From: an uncultured Alphaproteobacteria bacterium
Lineage (GTDB): Bacteria > Pseudomonadota > Alphaproteobacteria > Rhodobacterales > Rhodobacteraceae
DNA: 64,000 nucleotides
Direction: 5' to 3'
NCBI GenBank assembly: GCA_902611605.1
Contig: CACMAH010000005.1
Coordinates: 29,156-93,155 of the forward strand
Of this stretch, positions 50,995 through 58,891 are shown one piece after another; within the stretch, counting starts at the first letter, position 1, and each line of letters opens with the position of its first letter. The notes below the pieces were generated by a model that worked only from the letters and a program-made list of their open reading frames with translations, was not told the origin of the DNA and did not search any database. The position numbers and the translations under genes were made by a program.

Positions 50995-53733
50995 ATGAAT
51001 ATTTTTTTTTTAAATTTGATAGTTATCATTTTATCAACAAAATTTTTGTTTGCAGAACAATTAGTAAGACAAGCGCAAAGTTACCTTTTAATCTCAGGAT
51101 TTGATGTTGGTAATGTAGACGGTATAAAAGGACCAAAAACCATTAAAGCGTTAAAAAAAGCTTATAGCCTAGAAGAAATAAAAAATAATTATAAAATCAA
51201 AAAATCAGATATTAAAGAATTAAGATATTTATATTTTAAAAGAAAATTAGAACAATGGTCACAACAACCTCATTTGAATAAAAAAATGAGTATTTCTGAT
51301 GCTAGACATCTTTTAGAGCGAACAGGTATCGGTGCGAATTATCTTGAAATATTAAGATTCTCAAATTTCAGTCGTGCAGAAGGTATATTTCACATTTTAA
51401 AAAATTTTAATACTTTTCCTCAATCAAAGCCTCCTAATTTTATTTATGAAGAATTGCCTGAATACTGGATCAGGTGGGATTATGATGAACCAGGTCGACA
51501 ATCATTTCGAGTTGCTAGAGATAATGAGATATATCAACTAAAGAACTGGTGGATAAAAGAAATGATATCAACTCCTTATCCACAAAATGAAAGATTATTA
51601 CTTTTTTGGACAAATCATTTTCCTGTTGAATATTCATCTATTTCAGAAGAATCCATCTCTATTGCCAAACAACATTTAATGTTCAGAGAAAATGGCTTTG
51701 GAAATTTCAAAGTTCTTGTAAAACAAATTATAAGAGATCCTGCCATGCTTAATTATTTAGATGCTGAAAGTAGTAAGAAGGGTGCACCTAATGAAAATTT
51801 AGGAAGGGAATTAATGGAATTGTTTGTTTTAGGTGAAGGAAATTATACTGAAAAAACAGTAAAAGAGGCTTCTAGAGCATTAACCGGCTATAGATATAAT
51901 AGACTAAGAAATTTTGAAGTTAATTTTAGTAGAGCACATTGGGCTCACGATAAAAAACAAAAGTCTCTTTTTGGTAAAAAAGGTAATTTTGATGGAGACG
52001 ATTTGATTGATATTTTATTTCTTCAACCTGAAGCGGCGACTTTTTTAACAAAAAAATTCTGGAAATATTATATCTCTGAGACCTTAAAAGACGAAAAAGA
52101 AGTTGAAAAAATAGCAGAAAGATTTAAAGAATCTGATTTTGAAATTCCTGTTTTATTCTCAGAAATTATTTCTTCTGAAAGCTTTTGGGATATTAAATAT
52201 CGTGGAACAATAATCAAATCTCCAGTCGATCTTGTAATTGGAACAATAAGGTCAACTGGTTTTCTTCCATTGGATTGGCAAAGAATACCAGGTGTTCTTG
52301 CAAATTTAGGTCAAAATATATTTGAACCACCTAATGTGGGTGGATGGTCAAGAGGAGCTTCATGGATTACACCTGCAAGATTATTGAATAGAAGTAAGTT
52401 TTTAGCAAACTTTTTTGATAATGACGGTACTTCATTAATTGATTTAGATAGAGAAGATCCTGAAATAACTATGTCTAGAAATGATAATATTATTATAAGA
52501 TATGGTGCTGAAAATTTTGAAGGGCCTCCAAAATTTAAAATCATGCTATTAAATAATCAAAAAAATCCTTATAAAAACGAACTTAAATGGAAATCACCTA
52601 TGATTTCTGCAAAAAATGGTCATGATACCGAATTATTTGGAAGAGTTAGTAGAGAAGAGATACCTTGGACAATGCAAACTTTTGATATTGATCCTAGTAT
52701 TGAATTCAATAAGGTTTCTGTTCATTTTGTTAATGATCATTGCTGTGGTCCAGGAGGATCTGATGGAGGCGACAGAAATTTCTTTTTAGATTGGATAAAA
52801 ATAGGAAAAAATTTATTTTTAGCTAAAGATGGTAGACAAAATTCTAATTGCATAAACAACAACAATAATCCTGGATTTTTGTATTGTAGTGGAAATGTCA
52901 CTATGGATATCACTCAATCAATTAAAGTTGAAAATAGTACGAAAATTAATGAAGTACAAAATAAAAAAGATCAATTAATTATAGAACGAGTTGCTTTTGA
53001 TTGGGGAGAAAAATATAATAAAAATGATAATTGGAATGAGATTAATATTTCACTACTAAACGTAAAATTCAATTCTCATTTTCAGTCTGGCATTAAATTA
53101 AAAATTGTTCATGATCCAAATCGAGATTTTAAAATTGTTTTAACAAGCGAGAATTGTTCGGATACTTGTATTTCTGGAGTTTGGCCAAAATCAAATTTTA
53201 CTTGGGAAGATGGAAGAGTAAAAGTACTAGAGTTTTCAATTGGCCCCAAAGAAAAATCTTCACAAAAAAAACAATATAATGAACTTAATAAGAACGACCA
53301 AAAGTTTATTTCAGCGTTGTGGAGGGCTATACCTTCTTTGATAGAAAAAATGCAAGAAGGTAGAAATTTTAAAGAAAGAAATGGTAAAGATATTTTAGAT
53401 AGTTGGGAAAAGGTAATTAAAAAAATGTATAAAAGATTAGAAAAATCTAAATATGTAGAAAACAATAATTTTCCTAAGGTTCTTTTTGTTTCAAATAAAA
53501 AGAAATCCGAAGGAATGATGTCCATGGCGATGTCTTCTTTCAATCAAGATATACCAATTCCTGCTTCAGTTAAATTGAATAAAGATTTAAATGAGTGGGA
53601 GACATCCCTAAACAACTCTATTGGTTATATCAATATAAAAAAAGCAGTTTTAGCCAATAATCCTGTTTCCTTATTAAATAATCAATTATCACTAAAAAAC
53701 CTTATTACAAATCCAGTATTTCATCTTAAGTAA
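50995..53733 (+). CDS. secreted DUF1800-domain protein with N-terminal peptidoglycan-binding-like module and a ~300 aa inserted beta-rich region
   Basis: 912 aa with signal peptide MNIFFLNLIVIILSTKFLFA. A PG_binding_1-like helix pair spans aa ~22-60 (QAQSYLLISGFDVGNVDGIKGPKTIKALKKAY). DUF1800 hallmarks are LLLFWTNHF, NENLGRELMELFVLGEGNYTEKTVKEASRALTGY and EPPNVGGW. Confidence 0.8.
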   Translation: MNIFFLNLIVIILSTKFLFAEQLVRQAQSYLLISGFDVGNVDGIKGPKTIKALKKAYSLEEIKNNYKIKKSDIKELRYLYFKRKLEQWSQQPHLNKKMSISDARHLLERTGIGANYLEILRFSNFSRAEGIFHILKNFNTFPQSKPPNFIYEELPEYWIRWDYDEPGRQSFRVARDNEIYQLKNWWIKEMISTPYPQNERLLLFWTNHFPVEYSSISEESISIAKQHLMFRENGFGNFKVLVKQIIRDPAMLNYLDAESSKKGAPNENLGRELMELFVLGEGNYTEKTVKEASRALTGYRYNRLRNFEVNFSRAHWAHDKKQKSLFGKKGNFDGDDLIDILFLQPEAATFLTKKFWKYYISETLKDEKEVEKIAERFKESDFEIPVLFSEIISSESFWDIKYRGTIIKSPVDLVIGTIRSTGFLPLDWQRIPGVLANLGQNIFEPPNVGGWSRGASWITPARLLNRSKFLANFFDNDGTSLIDLDREDPEITMSRNDNIIIRYGAENFEGPPKFKIMLLNNQKNPYKNELKWKSPMISAKNGHDTELFGRVSREEIPWTMQTFDIDPSIEFNKVSVHFVNDHCCGPGGSDGGDRNFFLDWIKIGKNLFLAKDGRQNSNCINNNNNPGFLYCSGNVTMDITQSIKVENSTKINEVQNKKDQLIIERVAFDWGEKYNKNDNWNEINISLLNVKFNSHFQSGIKLKIVHDPNRDFKIVLTSENCSDTCISGVWPKSNFTWEDGRVKVLEFSIGPKEKSSQKKQYNELNKNDQKFISALWRAIPSLIEKMQEGRNFKERNGKDILDSWEKVIKKMYKRLEKSKYVENNNFPKVLFVSNKKKSEGMMSMAMSSFNQDIPIPASVKLNKDLNEWETSLNNSIGYINIKKAVLANNPVSLLNNQLSLKNLITNPVFHLK

Positions 53734-53737
53734 ATTT

Positions 53738-54907
53738 ATGAATAGAAGAAAAATAATTAAAGCGTTTTTGAGTGGATTAATTTTACCATTAGTTCCAGTC
53801 AAAATCGATGCAGCAGCCAAAAAATCTGGTAGAAGATTAATTTTAATTGAGCTTTCTGGTGCAAACGATGGTCTAAATACTGTTATACCTTATTCTGATG
53901 ATCGTTACTACGGTTTGAGACCTGAGTTAGCAATAAAAAAAAATGATAGTATAAGTATAACAGATGATTTTTCTCTACATTCAGCTTTAAAAAATTTAGT
54001 TAACGTTTTTGAAGATAATGATTTGGCAATTATCCATGGCTTAGGCTACCCCGGAGCTAATAGATCACACTTTAAATCGATTGCTCTTTGGGAAACTGGT
54101 GGAGATGGTTCATCAAGTGGAAGGTCAGGTTGGTTAACAGAAGATATTGAAGAATTGAAGGACGATCAAGACTTAGACGCTCATGGGATAAGTCTTGACG
54201 GTGGTATGGGAGTATTTACTTCTCCAGATGGAATATGGTTATCAATGACATCAGCTAATCAATTTCTACAGCTAAGTGAAAACCAATTTGTTTTGTCTAA
54301 GAAAACTAAAAATCCATCTCTTAATTTACTTTTAAATAGAGCTTTAGATTTGAACACATCAATGGATAGAATATCACAAAAACTTTCAGCATCTTTCAAA
54401 TATCCAAAATCAAGAGTAAATGCTGGTGATTTAGGACGTCAATTATCTTCAACTGCAAGATTAATTGCAGCTGGCATAAATACTCCAATTTTTAAGGTTA
54501 AAATTGATGGTTTTGATACTCATGAAAACCAGCTTTGGCGTCATAATGATTTACTTAGGAATCTAGGTAATGCGATATCTGGTTTCAAAAAGCAAATGGT
54601 TGAATTAGGAGAATGGGAAAATACTTTGGTTTTTACGTATTCTGAGTTTGGAAGAAGAGCAATAGAAAACTTTAATAAAGGAACTGATCATGGAACTGCT
54701 GCACCACACTTTTTAATAGGTGGTAAAGTAAATGGAGGTATTTATGGCAACCATCCTGATCTAGGTAATCTTATTGAAGGGGATATGAAATATACTTTAG
54801 ATTATAGAGCTATTTATGAGTTAATTTTAGGCAAATGGTTTTCTATTCAGGATAATAAATTTAAGTCGTTTAGATCTGAAGACTTAAATAAAAAATTGAT
54901 ACTATAA
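53738..54907 (+). CDS. DUF1501-domain protein (sulfatase/alkaline-phosphatase-like fold), Tat-type signal
   Basis: 389 aa with twin-arginine N-terminus MNRRKIIKAFLSGLILPL. DUF1501 hallmarks are LSGANDGLNTVIPY, IDGFDTHENQ and SEFGRRAIENFNKGTDHG. It starts 4 nt after the DUF1800 stop. Confidence 0.85.
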   Translation: MNRRKIIKAFLSGLILPLVPVKIDAAAKKSGRRLILIELSGANDGLNTVIPYSDDRYYGLRPELAIKKNDSISITDDFSLHSALKNLVNVFEDNDLAIIHGLGYPGANRSHFKSIALWETGGDGSSSGRSGWLTEDIEELKDDQDLDAHGISLDGGMGVFTSPDGIWLSMTSANQFLQLSENQFVLSKKTKNPSLNLLLNRALDLNTSMDRISQKLSASFKYPKSRVNAGDLGRQLSSTARLIAAGINTPIFKVKIDGFDTHENQLWRHNDLLRNLGNAISGFKKQMVELGEWENTLVFTYSEFGRRAIENFNKGTDHGTAAPHFLIGGKVNGGIYGNHPDLGNLIEGDMKYTLDYRAIYELILGKWFSIQDNKFKSFRSEDLNKKLIL

Positions 54908-54917
54908 GATTTTTTGA

Positions 54918-55133
54918 CCAATAAAAGAAACAGGATTAAGTTACCGAGATGGAAATGGTGTTGCTATAGATTATGTAAAAACTCATATGTGGTGGAACAT
55001 ATCTGGTTCTTCAGGTCATAAAATTGCTAGAGAGCAGCGAGATAAATTAGCCAAACAAATGACCCCATCCCAAATAGAGGAAGCACAAAGATTAGCTAGA
55101 GAGTGTGTGAAGAAGAACTATAAAGGATGTTAG
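54918..55133 (+). pseudogene. 5'-truncated Sel1-repeat protein fragment
   Basis: My translation gives PIKETGLSYRDGNGVAIDYVKTHMWWNISGSSGHKIAREQRDKLAKQMTPSQIEEAQRLARECVKKNYKGC*. The frame opens right after an in-frame TGA (54915-54917), and the first ATG (54987) lies inside a Sel1 repeat. Only the last repeat and the tail of a Sel1 protein therefore remain. Confidence 0.55.
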
Positions 55134-55345
55134 CAAACTAGAGTGTCTTATTAGAGTCTGCCTAACTCTTAAAATGTTCTTTAAGTTGATAAGATACCCT
55201 ATTACTACATTCTTACTGTGGTATTGATTTGAGTGAATTGGGTACACTCATATGCAACACTTTAAGTGTTCTCACTTACTTTCCTATCACTTGAGCCACA
55301 GGGGATATCATAGATATATTATATAGTTGGTGTGTGCAGCAGATG

Positions 55346-55356
55346 GGGGATTTGGT
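55346..55356. repeat. GGGGATTTGGT, left copy of an 11-nt inverted repeat bracketing the FG-GAP module
   Basis: It is the exact reverse complement of ACCAAATCCCC at 57733-57743. It also forms a 14-of-16 direct repeat (55340-55355, CAGATGGGGGATTTGG) with 57593-57608 (CAGATTGGGGATTTAG). Confidence 0.6.
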
Positions 55357-55370
55357 TTACCATTAATATT

Positions 55371-57398
55371 TCATTCTAGTTCTAAAGGAATGAATGTGTA
55401 TGGTTGCATATTTCTTTGATTCCTAATAAATAACTTACCATCTTCACTTTTATAGTAAGTTTTGTGTGGAATATATTTTTTCAATGAAATACCGTATTCA
55501 TCAGCATGTTTTAAAAGTCTTTTGATATAATCTTTATTTTCCTTATATCTAAACCTTTCATCATCTTTAAAATACATAGGGTCTTCAAATCTAATGACTT
55601 CAAAATTACCTTTACCATCGTTAAACCAAACAACTTTATCAGTTTTACTCCAGTCATAAAAAGGTTGATCTGTGAGATCAGTGAAATAATTACCTTCACC
55701 AATTTTTTCAAAAACTAAATCCATGTTTCCGTCATTTTTTATATCACAAGCCGAAATACGAGCTAACCAAGAATGGTGCCCTTTAGGATGAATATGTCTT
55801 GTTATAACTTTTTTAGATAAAATTTCTCTTTTATCTATTTCGAGTACAGAAATTTCAAAACCACCGTAATACATATCATATTTGTATTTTTTCTTAGTGA
55901 GATCTGTAGATAAAGAGGAAAGTAAAATTAATTCTAATTTTCCATCATTATTAATATCCGCAAATTCTATTACTTGAGTCTTTGAATTAGGTTCTTCTAA
56001 AAGAATTACTGGGTTACTAAAACGACCATTACCTTTTCCCCAGCTAATTTGCAAATTTGTCGTATGCCCACTCATTAAAATATCTAGATGTCCATCATTA
56101 TCAACATCCCATAGTTCAAGGAAGCTAAACTTCCCTACATTATTAAATAATATTTTATATTTGAAATTTCCTGATCCAATATTTTCATAAAGAGCAATAT
56201 CAGTCCACTTACCCAATTCATAATTTACAACTGGAGAAGCAATTACATCTATATCCCCATCATTATCAATATCTCCAGCGGCTCCTCCATGCCATCTTGA
56301 TTTTTTTCCAGGGGCATATTTAACTTTATAACCACTTTCTGAAGACAACATAATTTCATTTTTTTGTGGAGCTCCTCTACCTTGAACGTCCGGACCATAT
56401 TGTATAAAAAATAAATCATCTTTGCCATCATTGTTGAAATCATTAACCAAAATATTTCTGGCCACAAGAAATTTAGTACCTTTAGGGGTTTGGAAATTTG
56501 GGTCACTACTATAAAAGTAATACTGATGTTTTTTTAGAGCTCTTTCCTTATTGCCGGGAGCATAAATTCTCTTCGATATAGGATTATTATGTAAGAAAGT
56601 TTCGTCAAAAGCTCCAGCTATAAGCTCAGGTATATTGTCATTATTTAAATCAGCAAATGCATATAAATGATCACTTATCATTAAGTTATCTTTTTCTTGT
56701 AATTCTGGTTTTAAGCAATCTTCAGTTGCTATTCTGCACATCGTTTCAGTTCTTATAAATCTTGAAGTAGTAGAGTTAATTTTAGAAGAAAAACTTTTTT
56801 TGTTTTGTTTTGGTATTACTTCATAATTTTGGCATAAAGAAACCTTATTAGGATTAGTTGGTTGTATTTTTTTTTGTGTAGATTCAATATCTATTTCACT
56901 ACTTTTAAATCCAGAAAGCATAGCATTTTTAATTTGTTTTATTTTTTTATCATTCAATATACCGTCATATGTAATTCCAAGATCATTATAAAATTTAACG
57001 ATAGCATTTTGTGTGATGTCGTCTAATTTATTTGTTTCTTTAATCTTATATCCCATTTGGAATAATAAGTTTTGAACTTCTTTAATGTTTTCTACTGATA
57101 AAGTTGAATTAATTTTTAGGTTGTTAGGGTTAAATCCAGATATTTTTGCATTCTTAAGGTTTTCAACTTCATTATCGTCAAATACTCCATCATACTCTAT
57201 CCCTAGATCGTTATAGAATTTATTTATTACAGTAATAGTAAGATCATCTAATTCCCCATTTTGTAAAACTTCATATCCCATTTCAGAAAGAATTTTTTGA
57301 GCTTCTAAAACTTTTTCATTTGAATTCGCAAAGTTTGGTAGAATTAAAATTATATATATGAATAGCCAAAAATATTTTTTTATCATCATATGAAACAT
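55371..57398 (-). CDS. secreted FG-GAP/VCBP-type repeat protein with two N-terminal peptidoglycan-binding-like modules
   Basis: Six Ca-binding-type DxNxDGxxD repeats: DLNNDNIPEL, DFNNDGKDDL, GDIDNDGDIDV, WDVDNDGHLDI, ADINNDGKLEL and CDIKNDGNMDL. These follow a tandem ~71-aa duplication carrying PG_binding_1-like motifs. The track ORF starts at GTG 57452, but a signal peptide (MFHMMIKKYFWLFIYIILILPNFANS) begins at an internal Met. The start is ambiguous between 57386 and 57452. Confidence 0.75.
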   Translation of the reverse strand: MFHMMIKKYFWLFIYIILILPNFANSNEKVLEAQKILSEMGYEVLQNGELDDLTITVINKFYNDLGIEYDGVFDDNEVENLKNAKISGFNPNNLKINSTLSVENIKEVQNLLFQMGYKIKETNKLDDITQNAIVKFYNDLGITYDGILNDKKIKQIKNAMLSGFKSSEIDIESTQKKIQPTNPNKVSLCQNYEVIPKQNKKSFSSKINSTTSRFIRTETMCRIATEDCLKPELQEKDNLMISDHLYAFADLNNDNIPELIAGAFDETFLHNNPISKRIYAPGNKERALKKHQYYFYSSDPNFQTPKGTKFLVARNILVNDFNNDGKDDLFFIQYGPDVQGRGAPQKNEIMLSSESGYKVKYAPGKKSRWHGGAAGDIDNDGDIDVIASPVVNYELGKWTDIALYENIGSGNFKYKILFNNVGKFSFLELWDVDNDGHLDILMSGHTTNLQISWGKGNGRFSNPVILLEEPNSKTQVIEFADINNDGKLELILLSSLSTDLTKKKYKYDMYYGGFEISVLEIDKREILSKKVITRHIHPKGHHSWLARISACDIKNDGNMDLVFEKIGEGNYFTDLTDQPFYDWSKTDKVVWFNDGKGNFEVIRFEDPMYFKDDERFRYKENKDYIKRLLKHADEYGISLKKYIPHKTYYKSEDGKLFIRNQRNMQPYTFIPLELE
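56880..57317 (-). repeat. intragenic tandem duplication (2 x ~71 codons, period 75 codons)
   Basis: The first unit is EKVLEAQKILSEMGYEVLQNGELDDLTITVINKFYNDLGIEYDGVFDDNEVENLKNAKISGF. The second is ENIKEVQNLLFQMGYKIKETNKLDDITQNAIVKFYNDLGITYDGILNDKKIKQIKNAMLSGF. Confidence 0.85.
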
Positions 57399-57720
57399 AT
57401 AAGCCTTTTTAATTATAAGGGAAAAATTTGTAATATTGTTACGTTTCATCACGTAACTTGCAATACTTTTCTTTCTTATTTTCTTTCACACTAAAATAAC
57501 CGTTACTAGTATAGGGGATGCCTGATCAAATGTTAACTAGGGAAAGCAAGTGCCACCCCACCCCCATACGTATGTATATATAACCTCTGCCACAGATTGG
57601 GGATTTAGAAAGGAGAATATATAGTTGCTGCAACTCCTAAATTGAATATTGCGATATGGAATGTAGGTGTCCATTAAGCATTGTTCTAGCAGTTAGGAAG
57701 ATACCTATTGATGTAAGCAT

Positions 57721-57736
57721 CCCCTTGGCTCCACCA
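57721..57736 (+). repeat. att-like direct repeat, a copy of the tRNA-Ala 3' end
   Basis: CCCCTTGGCTCCACCA is identical to 50295-50310. The upstream AT also matches if one C is deleted. No tRNA body precedes it. Confidence 0.65.
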
Positions 57737-57743
57737 AATCCCC
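57733..57743. repeat. ACCAAATCCCC, right copy of the 11-nt inverted repeat
   Basis: Reverse complement of 55346-55356. It straddles the end of the att-like repeat and the flanking chromosome. Confidence 0.6.
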
Positions 57744-57777
57744 TTTTGAGATTGCCGTCATTAGTAACTTAAAACAA

Positions 57778-58746
57778 TCAATTAAGATCGTCTTCAATAA
57801 ATACCTTAATAATTTCGTTAAAATTATTTTCAGATTTAAATCCTAACAGTGATGCCTTAAGAGGTGAGAAACTTTTAGGCCATCCTTTAACCATATGTTG
57901 TATTGATAAATCTTTTTTTGAAACAATCAGATCAACTGCTTTTTGTCCAGCTATAGATCTTAATGACTCAATTTGTTCTTCTACTGTACAACTTACCCCA
58001 GGAAGGTTTAATGATCTCCTATTTTCTAGTTGGAAAGTTTCTAGTGATACTGCATGAATTAAAAAATTTACTGCAGATCTTGGAGATGCATGCCAATGCC
58101 GGACTGATGGATCAACAGGTAAATATGCTTTTTTACCATTTAAAGGTTCCCTAATAATATTTGAAAAAAAACCTGAAGCGGCTTTATTGGGTTTTCCTGG
58201 CCTAACACAAATAGTTGGTAGTCTAAGGGAAATACCATTGATAAAGCCTTTCCTGCTAAAATCAGAAATCAAAATTTCTATTGAAGCTTTTTGTGCTCCA
58301 TAACTAGTTTGTGGAGAACAAAGAAATTCGTCATCTATCTTATCTGGGAACGGAGAGCCAAATACAGCTATTGATGATGTAAAAATTACTTTTGGAATAT
58401 ACTTTCTAGAACTATTTAGATGTTCTACTTTTAAAGCAGATAAAAAATTCCACATTGAGAAAAGATTAACATTCCAACCCTTCTCAAAATTTTCTTCTGC
58501 TTCACCAGAGACAATAGATGCTAGATAAAAAATTAAACCAAATCTTTCAGATGAGAATTTTTTTAGTGTAACACTATTCTCAACTGTACCGATTTCACGC
58601 CTTATCCTAGTGTCTTTATACTTTGGTAAATATAGATCAAAAAGACATATTTCATCAATATTGAAAGCATTAAAGTTTGGTTCAAGAAGTTTATTAACTA
58701 ATTTTTGACCAACCATACCCCCTGCACCAATAATCAATATTTTCAT
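57778..58746 (-). CDS. NAD-dependent epimerase/dehydratase-family (extended SDR) protein
   Basis: 322 aa with Rossmann motif MKILIIGAGGMVGQKL and catalytic YGAQK. The block RHWHASPRSAVNFLIHA reminds me of sugar-acid dehydrogenases of this fold (for example D-erythronate dehydrogenase-like), but I cannot verify that. Confidence 0.75.
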   Translation of the reverse strand: MKILIIGAGGMVGQKLVNKLLEPNFNAFNIDEICLFDLYLPKYKDTRIRREIGTVENSVTLKKFSSERFGLIFYLASIVSGEAEENFEKGWNVNLFSMWNFLSALKVEHLNSSRKYIPKVIFTSSIAVFGSPFPDKIDDEFLCSPQTSYGAQKASIEILISDFSRKGFINGISLRLPTICVRPGKPNKAASGFFSNIIREPLNGKKAYLPVDPSVRHWHASPRSAVNFLIHAVSLETFQLENRRSLNLPGVSCTVEEQIESLRSIAGQKAVDLIVSKKDLSIQHMVKGWPKSFSPLKASLLGFKSENNFNEIIKVFIEDDLN

Positions 58747-58891
58747 CCTAGTACTCTCTTGATATTTTTATAATTAATCTAAGGCAGATATTTATATTTA
58801 TTTAATAATTTTTATTAAACTTTTAGATCATGATTTTTTTTATAAATTTTATTATAACCGTTTATATTGAGAAATAACTGATAAGTATTTT

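Noticed and set aside
55256-55270. Palindrome AACACTT-T-AAGTGTT, plus the nearby GAGTG-N9-CACTC, considered as a bidirectional terminator between the Sel1 fragment and the FG-GAP gene.
   Set aside because: The stem would be only 5-6 bp after allowing a minimal loop, and it is not followed by a T-tract on either strand. That is too weak to call a terminator.
55511-55711. Same-strand alternative-frame ORFs inside the FG-GAP gene (55511-55711 and 56249-56506).
   Set aside because: They are embedded in a longer ORF with clear repeat and domain structure, and their translations have no features of real proteins.
50311-57718. Search for an integrase, excisionase, transposase or other mobility gene inside the tRNA-linked island.
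   Set aside because: No ORF in the track or in my own reading of the spacers shows recombinase-like sequence, such as an R..H..R..Y catalytic pattern or DDE motifs. The island is therefore reported as integrase-less rather than as a prophage or ICE.
57661-57736. Whether the 76 nt ending at the att-like repeat is a second, degraded tRNA gene.
   Set aside because: Only the last ~18 nt resemble tRNA-Ala. The preceding sequence cannot be folded into D, anticodon or T arms.
57778-58746. Assigning the SDR gene specifically as D-erythronate dehydrogenase (DenD).
   Set aside because: The idea rests on a remembered motif only. The tetronate pathway kinases I know of belong to a different family (DUF1537-type), not FGGY. 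The gene is therefore called at family level only.
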